In this document: piece by piece, positions 8,893 through 19,400 of the stretch
Position numbering within the stretch: position 1 is the stretch's first letter
Layout: every line of letters begins with the position of its first letter
Assembly (NCBI GenBank): GCA_963792825.1
Contig: CAWBXS010000005.1
Location: forward strand, 226,308 to 290,307
Direction: 5' to 3'
From: an uncultured delta proteobacterium
GTDB lineage: Bacteria > Myxococcota_A > Polyangia > Polyangiales > Houyiibacteriaceae
Length of the DNA stretch: 64,000 bases
Notes under the pieces: model-generated
Database searches by the model: none
What the model was told of the DNA's origin: nothing
Seen by the model: only the letters and a program-made list of their open reading frames with translations
Program-made: the position numbers and the translations under genes

Positions 8893-10382
8893 GATGCCGA
8901 CCCCTCGAGGACCCAAGTGTCCTTCGACCCGCCCCCTTGGCTTGAGTTCACCACGTACGACCCCTCTCTCAGCGCCACCCGGGTCAGCCCCCCCGGCAGC
9001 ACCCAACTCTGCTGTCCGGTCAGAACGAACGGCCTGAGGTCCACCCGGCGCGGAGCCGCTTCGCCTTCCGCCCAGGTGGGACAGGTCGAAAGCTCGATGA
9101 CCGGCTGCGCGATGTACTCTTCGGGGTTCGCGCGGATCTTCGACGCGAACTCCTCGATCTCGGCACGGCTTGCCCGGGGCCCGAAGAGCATCCCGTAGCC
9201 ACCACAGCCATCCACGGTCTTGACGACCATCGACTTCAGGTTCTCGAGCACGTGTTGGCACTCGGCGGGCCGTACGCAGAGATACGTCTCGACCTGGCCG
9301 AGCACGGGCTCCTCACTCAGGTAGAAACGGATCATGTCGGGAACGAACGGATAGATCGCTTTGTTGTCCGCGACGCCGTTCCCGGGGGCATTGGCGAGGC
9401 TCACGTTGCCGGCGGCGTAGGCCCCGATCAACCCAGGCACGCCGAGCGCGCTGTCCTCACGGAACACGGTGGGATCCAGATAATCGTCGTCGATCCTTCG
9501 ATAGATCACGTCGACGGGTTGGGGGCCTGTGGTGGTCTTCACGTAGACGTGCCGGTCGTGGACGAAGAGATCGCTACCCTGCACGAGGTCGCAGCCCATC
9601 TGGCGCGCCAAGAAGCTGTGCTCGAAATAGGCAGAGTTGTACGGGCCTGGCGTCAGCACCACGATCCGGCTTTCCTCCGGCGACCGCGGGGAAACACCCA
9701 TCAGCGCGTCGCCCAGCCGCGCGGGATAGCTCTCCACCGTGCGAACCCGGCTGCGCCGAAATACCCCCGGAAAGATCCGCTTCATCACGCTGCGGTTCTC
9801 GAGAACGTAGCTCACGCCCGATGGGGTCCGGAGATTGTCCTCGAGCACGAGAAACTCGCCATTCGAGCCGCGGATGAGATCGATGCCGGCGATGTTGACG
9901 AACACGCCTTCACGCGGCCGGATCCCATGGAGCTCCTTCATGTACCCCGCGGTGCCGAAGACCACGGCCTCCGGGATGCGCCCCTCCTTGATGATGCGTT
10001 GCTCATCGTAGAGATCGGTCAAGAACAGGTTGAGCGCCGTCACCCGTTGAATCAGTCCGCGCTCGATCGCCTCCCAGGTCCGTGCGGCAATGACGCGGGG
10101 GATCAGGTCGAAGGGGAAGATTTTTTCCTGCCCGCGGGAGTCGGAGTAGACCGAGAAGGTCACACCGCCTCGAAAGAGCGCGCTCTCTGCGAGCTTCTGT
10201 CTCGTCATGAACTCGAGCCGGCCGAGCTGATCGAGCTCCGCAACCAAGTCGGCGACTTCCTCGCGCGGGGTGCCGTCGCCACGAAAGAGCTCGTCGTAGG
10301 TCCGAGGCAGCGGCGAGTACCCGTCGAGCAACGTCGTGTCCCCGGCCAGTCCGGCGATCTGCTCGAGCTCCGCGGGCATCAT
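8889..10382 (-). CDS. Circularly permuted ATP-grasp type 2 protein (COG2308)
   Basis: It is 497 aa, the typical size for this family. It sits immediately upstream of, and translationally coupled to, the alpha-E gene. The sequence resembles this family as I recall it (e.g. [43 protein letters not shown]). Confidence 0.8.
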   Translation of the reverse strand: MMPAELEQIAGLAGDTTLLDGYSPLPRTYDELFRGDGTPREEVADLVAELDQLGRLEFMTRQKLAESALFRGGVTFSVYSDSRGQEKIFPFDLIPRVIAARTWEAIERGLIQRVTALNLFLTDLYDEQRIIKEGRIPEAVVFGTAGYMKELHGIRPREGVFVNIAGIDLIRGSNGEFLVLEDNLRTPSGVSYVLENRSVMKRIFPGVFRRSRVRTVESYPARLGDALMGVSPRSPEESRIVVLTPGPYNSAYFEHSFLARQMGCDLVQGSDLFVHDRHVYVKTTTGPQPVDVIYRRIDDDYLDPTVFREDSALGVPGLIGAYAAGNVSLANAPGNGVADNKAIYPFVPDMIRFYLSEEPVLGQVETYLCVRPAECQHVLENLKSMVVKTVDGCGGYGMLFGPRASRAEIEEFASKIRANPEEYIAQPVIELSTCPTWAEGEAAPRRVDLRPFVLTGQQSWVLPGGLTRVALREGSYVVNSSQGGGSKDTWVLEGSAS

Positions 10383-10516
10383 GGATTAGCATGGGCAGGA
10401 GCCTGTAGGCGAGCCAGCGAAACCCGACCGATGGATTTGCTTATTACCTCCCCGAAACATCTCGGAAACCTAGCCTGGCCCGATGCGGTCGCCCGGTGAT
10501 ATATAAGGACACGCCC

Positions 10517-11065
10517 ATGCATCCCTGGCACGACGTCTACATCGACGAAGATCAACTCGCCAAGACCTTCCCGGTCGTCATCGAGGTGCCGATGGGGAGC
10601 AAGAACAAGTACGAGCTCGACAAGGAGAGCGGGCTGCTGAGGCTCGACCGTGTCTTGTTCAGCGCGGTGCACTACCCGGCCAACTACGGTTTCGTGCCGC
10701 GGAGCTACTGTGACGACGGCGATCCCCTCGACGCGCTCGTCCTCGGACAAGAGCCGGTCGTTCCTCTCACGATCATGGACGCCCGCGCCATCGGCGTGAT
10801 GCGTATGCGCGACGACAAAGGCATCGATGACAAGATCATCGCCATCAGCGCGAACGACCCGGAGTATCAAACCCGAACGAAGCTCGACGATCTTCCCGAG
10901 CACAAGCTCCGCGAGATTCAGCGCTTCTTCGAGGACTACAAAGCCCTCGAGAACAAAGAGGTGATCGTCGACGGGATGCAGGAGCGGGACGAAGCGCTCC
11001 GGATTCTGCGTGAGGCGCTCGTGATGTATCGAAAGCTCCGGCGGGGCGAGCTTCCGAAGGGCTAA
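10517..11065 (+). CDS. ppa: Inorganic pyrophosphatase (family I)
   Basis: MHPWHDV...VVIEVPMGSKNKYELDKESGLLRLDRVL...YPANYGFVPRSYCDDGDPLDALVL...DDKIIA matches the canonical family I PPase active-site residues and length. Confidence 0.95.
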   Translation: MHPWHDVYIDEDQLAKTFPVVIEVPMGSKNKYELDKESGLLRLDRVLFSAVHYPANYGFVPRSYCDDGDPLDALVLGQEPVVPLTIMDARAIGVMRMRDDKGIDDKIIAISANDPEYQTRTKLDDLPEHKLREIQRFFEDYKALENKEVIVDGMQERDEALRILREALVMYRKLRRGELPKG

Positions 11066-11209
11066 ACGGCATGGAAATCAGGGCCTTGGAAGACGGGCGA
11101 AAAGTTTGCGGCCGGCGGGTGCCTGGTTTCGGAAACGACTTGCCTTGTCCTGGTGGCTTGATAAGGTGCGCCACCCAATTTCTGGAGAACAATCCTTTTG
11201 GAGGGGCAC

Positions 11210-11944
11210 ATGCACAAAGCAAGCTGGGTATTTTTGTTGGCGGTCAGCCTGATGCTGACCGCTGGTTGTAAGAAGGACGAGCTCAGGGCGAAGGACGCCC
11301 GCATCGCGGAGCTCGAGGCCATGGGCCAAGACACGGGCATGTCGCTCGATCAGTGCAAGAAGGACCGTGAGAACCTCAATAAGCTCTTGAAGGGCAAAGC
11401 TGGCGAGATCGACGCCATGGAGGCCGCGCTTGCCGAGGCTGCCGCACGCGAAGCACAAGCTGCGAAACGCCTCGCCGAGTACAATTCCATGCTCAAGCAG
11501 CTGAAGTCGATGATCGACTCCGGTAAGCTCAAGGTGCGCATCGTTCGCAACAAGATGGTCATCGAGCTGCCTGAGGCGGTTCTGTTCCCGAGCGGCAGCG
11601 CCAAGCTCAAGCCCGAGGGTATCCGCGTTCTCGCGGAGCTCGGTCCGGTGCTCGCGAGCATCGAGGGACGCGAGTTCCAGGTCGGCGGCCACACGGACAA
11701 CAAGCCGATCCACACCGCTCGTTTCCCGTCCAACTGGGAGCTTGCCGGTGCACGCGCGATCGACGTCACGGAGCTCCTCATCGAGTACGGCGTTCCCGGG
11801 AACCGTATGTCAGCCGCCGCGTACGCGGACACCCAGCCGGTCGCGGACAACGACACCCCAGAGGGCCGCGCGCTCAACCGCCGCATCGAGATCGCCCTTC
11901 AGCCGAACCTCGACGAGCTTCCCGACCTCTCGAGCTTCGAGTAA
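11210..11944 (+). CDS. OmpA/MotB-domain lipoprotein with an N-terminal coiled coil
   Basis: Signal peptide and lipobox MHKASWVFLLAVSLMLTAGC. The C-terminal OmpA-like domain reads GGHTDNKPIHTARFPSNWELAGARAIDV...NRRIEIAL. GGAGGGG RBS at 11199-11205. Confidence 0.85.
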   Translation: MHKASWVFLLAVSLMLTAGCKKDELRAKDARIAELEAMGQDTGMSLDQCKKDRENLNKLLKGKAGEIDAMEAALAEAAAREAQAAKRLAEYNSMLKQLKSMIDSGKLKVRIVRNKMVIELPEAVLFPSGSAKLKPEGIRVLAELGPVLASIEGREFQVGGHTDNKPIHTARFPSNWELAGARAIDVTELLIEYGVPGNRMSAAAYADTQPVADNDTPEGRALNRRIEIALQPNLDELPDLSSFE

Positions 11945-11965
11945 CCCTCAGGATCGCCAAGCAGC

Positions 11966-12009
11966 GCAAACGTGCCGGCGTGCATCATGCGCCCGGCACG
12001 TTTGCATTT
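11966..12009 (+). terminator. Intrinsic-terminator-like hairpin after the OmpA-like gene
   Basis: Perfect 13-bp stem GCAAACGTGCCGG (11966-11978) / CCGGCACGTTTGC (11993-12005), followed by ATTTG. Confidence 0.5.
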
Positions 12010-12071
12010 GGGCGGTCTCCGCTGGCTGTCGCGGCTGAATCTTGGTAAGCGCCAAAGCTCGGAGGATGGAC

Positions 12072-12902
12072 ATGAGACGTTTTGATATCGTAGTCCCCGT
12101 AGTCCTTGGAGCGGTCTTGTCCTGCGCCGGCTGCGGCGAAAGCTCGAGCAACGTCGCCCCGGGCGCGACGGTGTCGGTCGGCGGCATCGCCTGGGGCTTC
12201 ACGCTTCCAGGACAGGGAGGCTACGACCGTATCGCAAACGCTACCGTTTCGGTCCTCGAGGCGCCTGAGCTCACCACTACCTCGAGCGCAGATGGCGAGT
12301 TCACGATCGAAGGCATCCCAGTCGGCTCCGAAGCCACCTTCGTCCTAGAGCACCCCAACTACCCTCTCACCTACACCAAGACGTTCACGGTTCCCGACGC
12401 CGACATCGATGATCTAACCTTCCAGGTCCCGAACAACGGCCTCTACTCCGTGATCGAGCTTCAGCTCGGCATCACGAGCGACCCCGAGAAGTGTCAGATG
12501 GTCAGCACCTTCACCCGGGTCGGCAGGACGATCGGCGATGCGGGGCCCCACGGACAAGCAGGCGCGGTGCTCAGCATCTCGCCCGAGAGCGCCGTCATCG
12601 AGGAAGGACCGATCTACTTCGGCGACAACGTCATCCCCGACCGCAACCGGACCTATTCCTCGCTCGACGGTGGTGTGCTGATCATCAACGCCGACCCGGG
12701 CGACTACACCTTGAGCGCATCGTGCGTGAGCGATCCAGCCGACGAAGCCGCCTTGCTCGAGGAGTACCCCCCAGAGACCTACCCGGATGAGGACCTGCGC
12801 TGCGAGACCGAGGACGTGCAGTTCGAGTCGGTCCTGATGAAGTGCCGCCCAGGCGTCTTTCTCAACGCATCGCCTTCCTACGGGCTGCAGGCTCTTCCCT
12901 AA
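12072..12902 (+). CDS. Putative lipoprotein with a carboxypeptidase-regulatory-like (CarboxypepD_reg-type) beta-sandwich
   Basis: MRRFDIVVPVVLGAVLSCAGC lipobox; ATVSVLEAPELTTTSSADGEFTIEGIPVGSEATF resembles CarboxypepD_reg. GGAGG lies 6 nt upstream of the ATG at 12072. Confidence 0.55.
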   Translation: MRRFDIVVPVVLGAVLSCAGCGESSSNVAPGATVSVGGIAWGFTLPGQGGYDRIANATVSVLEAPELTTTSSADGEFTIEGIPVGSEATFVLEHPNYPLTYTKTFTVPDADIDDLTFQVPNNGLYSVIELQLGITSDPEKCQMVSTFTRVGRTIGDAGPHGQAGAVLSISPESAVIEEGPIYFGDNVIPDRNRTYSSLDGGVLIINADPGDYTLSASCVSDPADEAALLEEYPPETYPDEDLRCETEDVQFESVLMKCRPGVFLNASPSYGLQALP

Positions 12903-12910
12903 CCGCTCAG

Positions 12911-13933
12911 CTAGGGGGTGGGTCCGCTTGCCGCGGCCTGAACCTCGGCGAGGAGGCTCTTGCTGAAGACGCGTCCGGCCAACCGTTCGCGTGTTTGTGC
13001 GGAGGCCTCGTCCCACTCGGCGCGGTAGGGGTCCGTATCGACCACCTCGATGCCGCGCTCGATCAAAGCCTTGTATGCCTTCGCATCGTCACGCTGAACG
13101 ACCTTGTCGAGCGCCTGCGCGGCGCGGCGCGCAGTGTCCATGAGCACCTTCTGATCGCCGGGTGAGAGCTGGTCGAACTTCTCCTTTTTCAGCACCGATG
13201 CGCCCGCCACGATCCCAAAGCTGTCCTTCGACATGTACTTGAGCTTCGTGAACCACTGAAGCGCGACCGCCGCGAGCGCCGAAGCCGGAACGACATCGAC
13301 CATTTTGGTCTGCAGCGCCCCATACACCTCCGGCACCCCGAGACGCACCGGATTCGCCCCGACGACCTTCAGGAACTCGGCGAAGATCGGATCGTCTTTC
13401 CAGGCCCAAGGACGGCTGGATTTCAGATCCGCCGGTCTGAGGATCGGCGCGACGGACATCAGCCGGCCCTGCCCCGCATCGGACCAGGCCAACAAGACGA
13501 ACCCCGCCTCTTCGAACATCTGCGCGAAGCGTTGATCCATCTTCTCGCGCACGCGGCCTAGCTGCTCGTAGTTCTTGATCACGCCGGGGGCCGAGAGCAC
13601 CAGGACCGGGCGCACGACGATGCCGAGCCCGATCGTCGTGACGCCCGCGGCGTCCATCTGCCCAGCCCGCATCTTACGCACGAAGTCGCGCTCATCTCCC
13701 TGGCTGCCCCCCGAGTAAGGCCGAAGCTCCACGCGCCCTTCGGTGTCCTTTTGGAGGCTTCGGGCCCACGCCTTGAGGATCTTGCCGAACGCGGAGCCCG
13801 ATGGGGCCAGCGTCGCGTATCGGATGACCGTCTTCTGTTCGGCGTCCGCGTGGGGTGTTCCGGAGTCGGCCACCAACAGGCAACCGGCCGCCAACACGAA
13901 CACGAGCCAAGATCTCTTCATTGTTTTGATCAA
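12911..13933 (-). CDS. TRAP-transporter solute-binding protein (DctP family), orphan
   Basis: Signal peptide MKRSWLVFVLAAGCLLVA. IRYATLAPSGSAFGKILKAWARSLQKDTEGRVELRPYSGGSQGDERDFVRKMRAGQMDAAGV is typical DctP-family sequence. No DctQ/DctM genes lie adjacent. Confidence 0.8.
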   Translation of the reverse strand: MIKTMKRSWLVFVLAAGCLLVADSGTPHADAEQKTVIRYATLAPSGSAFGKILKAWARSLQKDTEGRVELRPYSGGSQGDERDFVRKMRAGQMDAAGVTTIGLGIVVRPVLVLSAPGVIKNYEQLGRVREKMDQRFAQMFEEAGFVLLAWSDAGQGRLMSVAPILRPADLKSSRPWAWKDDPIFAEFLKVVGANPVRLGVPEVYGALQTKMVDVVPASALAAVALQWFTKLKYMSKDSFGIVAGASVLKKEKFDQLSPGDQKVLMDTARRAAQALDKVVQRDDAKAYKALIERGIEVVDTDPYRAEWDEASAQTRERLAGRVFSKSLLAEVQAAASGPTP

Positions 13934-13936
13934 GTG

Positions 13937-14722
13937 TTACTCCAACAACTCGTCGCGCAGACGCTCGAGTCCAGCCTCCGAGCACCCGAGCCCCTCGACG
14001 AGAAACCCCGTCACGCTTCCGTATCGTTCGATGATTTCCGCGCGCGCGGCTCCGAGGCTCTGCTCTTTGACGTACAATAGCCCTTCGACGCGCGAAAACG
14101 CGATCTCTTCACCCTCGGGACCGCCATGAGCCGCCCCAAAGCTGCGGATCATCCCGAGCATCTTGTCGTTCTCGTTCTTCCGGAACCGATTGGAAAGGAG
14201 GTAGTCTTCGACGACGGTTTCCCAGGGAACCCCGAGCGCAGACAACACCATCGCGGCTCCAAACCCCGCCCGGTCCTTGCCTTGCGTACAGTGAAAGACG
14301 AGCGGCCGATTGAGGCGGTCGCTCAACACGCGCAGCAGAGCCGCGTACTGTGTGGTGAAGTCGCGCACCAACAGCCGGTTGACCTGGTCGAGGAGGTCGG
14401 GCGGCACCTGCGAAAAGTCTCCCTTCAAGAACATCGGGATCAGCTTGGCGAACATGTCGCTCGATGCGATCGGCACCGGAGAGACGCGAGCACCCGGCGG
14501 TAGACGGCTCTGGCCTCTCGCTGAAACCTCTTGCGGGGATCGGAGGTCGACGACCGTCCGAATGCCGAGCTCGGCCAACTTGCTGACGTCGTCGTCGGTG
14601 AGCTGACTGAGCTCCCCTGATCGGTAGACGAGACCCCACTTGACCCGCCGTCCGTCACTCGCCTCGTAACCGCCGAGGTCCCGAAAGTTGGGCTGACCGG
14701 CTAGAGGCACGTGCCGATGCAT
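13937..14722 (-). CDS. Protein-tyrosine phosphatase (Y_phosphatase3-like)
   Basis: CX5R active-site loop FHCTQGKDRAGF; N-terminal NFRDLGGY motif. Confidence 0.85.
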   Translation of the reverse strand: MHRHVPLAGQPNFRDLGGYEASDGRRVKWGLVYRSGELSQLTDDDVSKLAELGIRTVVDLRSPQEVSARGQSRLPPGARVSPVPIASSDMFAKLIPMFLKGDFSQVPPDLLDQVNRLLVRDFTTQYAALLRVLSDRLNRPLVFHCTQGKDRAGFGAAMVLSALGVPWETVVEDYLLSNRFRKNENDKMLGMIRSFGAAHGGPEGEEIAFSRVEGLLYVKEQSLGAARAEIIERYGSVTGFLVEGLGCSEAGLERLRDELLE

Positions 14723-14760
14723 AGACCCCCTCTATGGCCTCTGGGCGGACGACGCGCCAT

Positions 14761-16266
14761 CTACGCGACTTGATTGGCCTGCGGCGGAGTCGATTCTCGA
14801 CCCCAAAGACGGCGGGCGTCGGGCTCCTGAGTGAGGAACGCATCCCAAAGATGCATCGCGGCATAGGCTCGCCAGGGCCGCCACGCATCCGCACGATGCT
14901 CGAGCTCAGCGGCCGAGACCCTGGTGCCGTTCTGCGCGACGGCTTTGCGAAGCCACGGGTTGTCGGAGGGAAAGGCATCGGGCTCACGATAGACGCGCAT
15001 CGCGATGTAATGCGCCGTCGTGGCGCTGAGGTCGGCGATCGAACGCAACCCTTCGACGGCAGATTCGAGCGACGGCGCGCCATCCAGCCGAATCGCGCCC
15101 TCGTGGACCGCCCTGGCAAGCGCCTGAATGGAACGGCTGCGGCGCGTCGGCACGCCGACCGCCTCGAGCCGTGCAGTGCTCAAGGCGTATGGTGTCGGAA
15201 ACACGTGGGTGAGTGAGGGCTGCGAAGTGTCGACGCGCTTGCCGTACTTCTCGACGATGCAATCCATGAGCTCAGACGCCTCATCGGGATGAATGTGTTG
15301 ATTGAGGAGCATCATCACGGCGGTCTCGAAGCGATCGAACGTGCCGAGCACACGCAGCCCCGGGGTTGCCTCGATGCGGGGGCCGAGCATCGGATCGGCG
15401 CTGAGGTGCGCGGTGATCACGTTCATCGGTGCGTCGACGTCGAACAGTCGCCGCACCCCGGACACCACGTCGAGCAAGTGCGCGCCAAGCGAGCTGCTCA
15501 CCCGGACACGCAGAGCGCTTTCATTGGGTTCGTAGGTCACGCAGAGCTCGCCGGCCACCTTTCCGAACGACGCGGTTCTGGAATATGAATCGCGGATGAC
15601 CCGCTCGACACCGGAAACCGTCCACGGCTCCAAGAAGCGCAGCATCCGAGCCCACGGGAAAGGGCCCTCGATGGGAATCTGGAGCTCGAGCTTGCTCGCA
15701 GCCCGATTCGGGCTTCTGCGGAGGGCCGTCGGGGGGCAACCGTAGACCTCGTTGATGACGGTGTTGAACCGGCGAACGCTGCCGAAGCCCGCGGCGCGGG
15801 CGATGTGGGCCATCGACAGGCTCGTGGTCTCGATCAGCCGTCGCGCAAAGTCCGCGCGGCGTATCCGCGCCACTTGAACCGGCGAGGTCCCTAGGTGTTG
15901 GTTGAAGAGGCGCCGAAGCTGACGCGCCCCAATCCCGAGGCGCTCGCACAGCGCGTCGATGTTCGCACCGTCGAGCATGCCATCCTCGATCAAGCGAAGC
16001 GCGCGGGAGACCGTTCCTGACGTCCCATTCGATGCGGGCGTACCAGGCTGCGCATCAGGCCGGCACCTGCGACACGGACGAAATCCGGCCGCCACCGCAT
16101 CAGCGGGCGCGTCGAAGCACACGACGTCCTCGGGGGCAGGCTTCTTCGCAGAGCAGCTCGGCTTACAATACACACCGGTCGTCGTGACACCCGCCACGAA
16201 GCGACCATCAAACCGAGCGTCTTTACTTAGAAACGCCTGGAGGTACTCAGGCGTGAAAACGGGCAT
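14761..16266 (-). CDS. Ada-like Zn-finger / AraC-HTH regulator fused to DNA-3-methyladenine glycosylase II (AlkA-like)
   Basis: FDGRFVAGVTTTGVYCKPSCSAKKP...FRPCRRCRP (Ada metal-binding domain), followed by an AraC-type HTH region and then an AlkA N-terminal + HhH-GPD-like C-terminal half. The start is at the internal Met (16266). Confidence 0.8.
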   Translation of the reverse strand: MPVFTPEYLQAFLSKDARFDGRFVAGVTTTGVYCKPSCSAKKPAPEDVVCFDAPADAVAAGFRPCRRCRPDAQPGTPASNGTSGTVSRALRLIEDGMLDGANIDALCERLGIGARQLRRLFNQHLGTSPVQVARIRRADFARRLIETTSLSMAHIARAAGFGSVRRFNTVINEVYGCPPTALRRSPNRAASKLELQIPIEGPFPWARMLRFLEPWTVSGVERVIRDSYSRTASFGKVAGELCVTYEPNESALRVRVSSSLGAHLLDVVSGVRRLFDVDAPMNVITAHLSADPMLGPRIEATPGLRVLGTFDRFETAVMMLLNQHIHPDEASELMDCIVEKYGKRVDTSQPSLTHVFPTPYALSTARLEAVGVPTRRSRSIQALARAVHEGAIRLDGAPSLESAVEGLRSIADLSATTAHYIAMRVYREPDAFPSDNPWLRKAVAQNGTRVSAAELEHRADAWRPWRAYAAMHLWDAFLTQEPDARRLWGRESTPPQANQVA

Positions 16267-16423
16267 AACGGGGATCTCAAGAGTAAACCCTTTTTCGGCG
16301 ATGTCGCTAGCACTTTTCGGACTTGTTTCGGATTTCGTGAGGTGACGCACCTACATCGGTGTGCGGGTCGGATTGGGTGAGGTAGCTTACAATTTTCAGG
16401 TCAGGCGCACGCGTAGTGCAATC

Positions 16424-19400
16424 TTACGTTGCAGTTAGGCAGTCCGGTGAGCAGCTGCCTGGGCTGCCGTCGTTCACGCCGTCGTCGCACACCTCGCCGG
16501 CGGTGGTGTTGACCGTACCATCGCCGCAGAAGGCAAAGGTGCAATCGGCGTCACACAACGCGGTCTCGCCGCCGGTGTCGCATTGCTCGCCTGCCGGACC
16601 ATTGGCGACCCCGTCGCCGCAGACCACAGCGGTGCAGTCGGTGTCGCAGGTCGCCGTCTGCCCGCCGTCGTCGCAGGTCTCGCCCGCCGTCACGTTGACC
16701 GTCGAATCGCCACAGACCGCCGGAGTGCAATTCAGGTCGCAGGTCGCGCTCTCGCCGCCGTCATCGCAGGCCTCGCCCGCGGTTGCATTCGCAACGCCGT
16801 CGCCGCAGGCCACCGCCGTGCAGTCGATGTCACAGGTCGCCGTCTCGCCACCCTGGTCGCAGGTCTCGCCCGCCGCCGCGTTGACGGTCAAATCGCCACA
16901 GACCGCAGGTGTGCAGTCCGCATCGCAGCTCGCGCTCTGACCTCCATCGTCGCAGGCCTCGCCCGCCGTCACGTTGACCGTCGAGTCGCCGCACACCGCC
17001 AGCGTGCAGTCGATGTCACAGGTCGCGCTCTGACCGCTGTCGTCACAGGCTTCACCCGCGGTGGCGTTGACTTTCCCGTCGCCGCACGCTGCGACCGTGC
17101 AATCGATGTTGCAGGAGCCGCTTTCGCCAGCTGTGTCACATGCCTCGCCAGCGGCCGCGTTCGGCGTGCCATCACCGCAGAACACGAAGGTGCAGTCGGC
17201 GTCACAGGTCGCGGTTTGGCCGCTCTCGTCGCATTGCTCGCCGGTCTCGACGAGACCATTGCCGCACGAGGCCGGCGCCGCGCAACCGGGCTCACACCGG
17301 CCGGGGCCCGTGCCGTCGTTGACACCATCGTCGCATACCTCGCCCGCTGCCGTGTTCAGAAGTCCATCGCCACAGACCGGCGCCGTACAATCGCTGTCGC
17401 AGGTCGCGCTCTCGCCGCCGGTGTCGCAGGTCTCGCCGCGCGTCGCGTTGATCGTCGAATCGCCGCAGAGCGCAGCCGTGCAATCGGCGTCGCAGGTCGC
17501 GCTCTCGCCACCGGTGTCACAGGTCTCGCCTGCCAGCGGATTCACGGTCGAGTCGCCGCAGACCGCTGGGGTGCAATCGGTGTCGCAGGTCGCGCTCTGA
17601 CCGCCGGTATCGCAGATCTCGCCGCGCGTCACGTTGATCGTGGAATCACCGCAGAGCGCCACGGTACAATCAGTATCGCACGTCGCGCTCTCGCCGCTGT
17701 CGTCGCAAGCCTCGCCCGCCGCACCATTGACGACCCCATCGCCGCAGGACGGGGCCGTGCAGTCCGCGTCACAGGTGGCGCTCTGGCCGCCGGTATCGCA
17801 CGTCTCACCAGCCAACGTGTTGACCACCGCATCGCCGCAAACAGGCAGGGTGCAGTCCGCATCGCAAGTCGCCGTCTGAATGGTTGTGTCGCAGTCCTCG
17901 CCCGCCAGCGCGTTGGTCAAGCCGTCACCGCAGGACGCCGCGGTACAGTCGTTGTCACACGTGGGGCTGAAGCCGCCGTCGTCGCACGTTTCTCCCGCCG
18001 CCGTATTCGCCACGTTGTCACCGCAAACCGGCAGGGTGCAGTCCGCGTCACAAGTCGCGGTCTGAACCGTGTCGTCGCAGTCCTCCCCGCGGGAGACGTT
18101 GGTCGTCCCGTCACCGCAGAAGGCGGTGGTGCAGTCGGTGTCACAGGTCGTGCTCTCGCCGCTCGCGTCGCACTGCTCGCCCGCCGTCACGTTCGTGACG
18201 CCGTCGCCGCATGCCGGCGCGGTGCAATCCACATCGCAAGTGGCGCTCTCGCCACTGTCGTCGCAGACCTCGCCTCTCGTCACGTTGACCGTTCCGTCGC
18301 CGCACGAAGCGAGGGTGCAATCGACGTCACACGCGGCGCTCTCTCCGCCTGCGTCGCATTCCTCGCCGGCCAAGGTGTTGGGCGTGCCGTCGCCGCAGAC
18401 CGGGAACGTGCAGTTGGCATCACAGGTCGCGGTTTGGCCGCCCTCGTCGCACTCCTCGCCCGTCTCGACGAGGCTGTTGCCGCAGTTTCCGGGCGCCGCA
18501 CAGCCGGGCTCGCACAGGCCGGGCCCCGTGCCGTCGTTGAAGCCATCGTCGCAAACCTCGCCCGCGGCGGTGTTCAAGAGACCGTCCCCGCAGACCGGCA
18601 GCGTGCAGTCGATGTCGCACGAGGCGGTCTGCCCCGCACCGTCGCATGCCTCGCCCGCTGCGATATTAGTCCGCCCGTCGCCACAGAGCACGGCCGTGCA
18701 GTCGATGTCGCACGTCGGAGTCTCACCGCCGGCGTCACAGGTCTCGCCTGCCGCGATGTTGAGCGTCGCGTCGCCACACACCGCCGGCGTGCAGTCGGCG
18801 TCGCAGGCCGCGGTCTCCCCGCCGCCGTCGCAGATCTCGCTCGCGGTGACGTTGAGTGTCCCGTCTCCACAGAACGCCACGGTGCAGTCGATGTCGCAGG
18901 TCGCGCTCTCGCCCGCATCGTCGCACTCTTCGGTGGTCTCGTTGAGGCCGTTGCCGCACTGAGCTGGCGCTGCGCATCCGGGCTCACACATTCCGGGGCC
19001 CGTGCCATCGTTCACGCCGTCGTCGCAGACCTCGCCGGCGCTGATGTTCAAGTAGCCGTCCCCGCAGACCACGTTCGTGCAATCGGGGTCACACGCCGCG
19101 CTTTCGCCCCCATCGTCGCAGATCTCGCCCGAGAGGACGTTCAGCAGACCGTCGCCGCAGACGGGCAGCGAACAGTCGACGTCGCAGCTCGCGCTCTGAC
19201 CGCTCGTGTCACAGACCTCGCCCGCGCTGATGTTGGTGAGACCGTCGCCGCATGCGGGAAGCGTGCAATCGGGGTCGCACGTCGCGCTCTCGCCGCCGTC
19301 GTCACAGGCTTCTCCCGCGGTGACGTTCCAGAGCGCGTCGCCGCAGATCACGTCGGTGCAGTCGACGTCGCAGGCTGCGCTCTCGCCTCCTGCGTCACAC

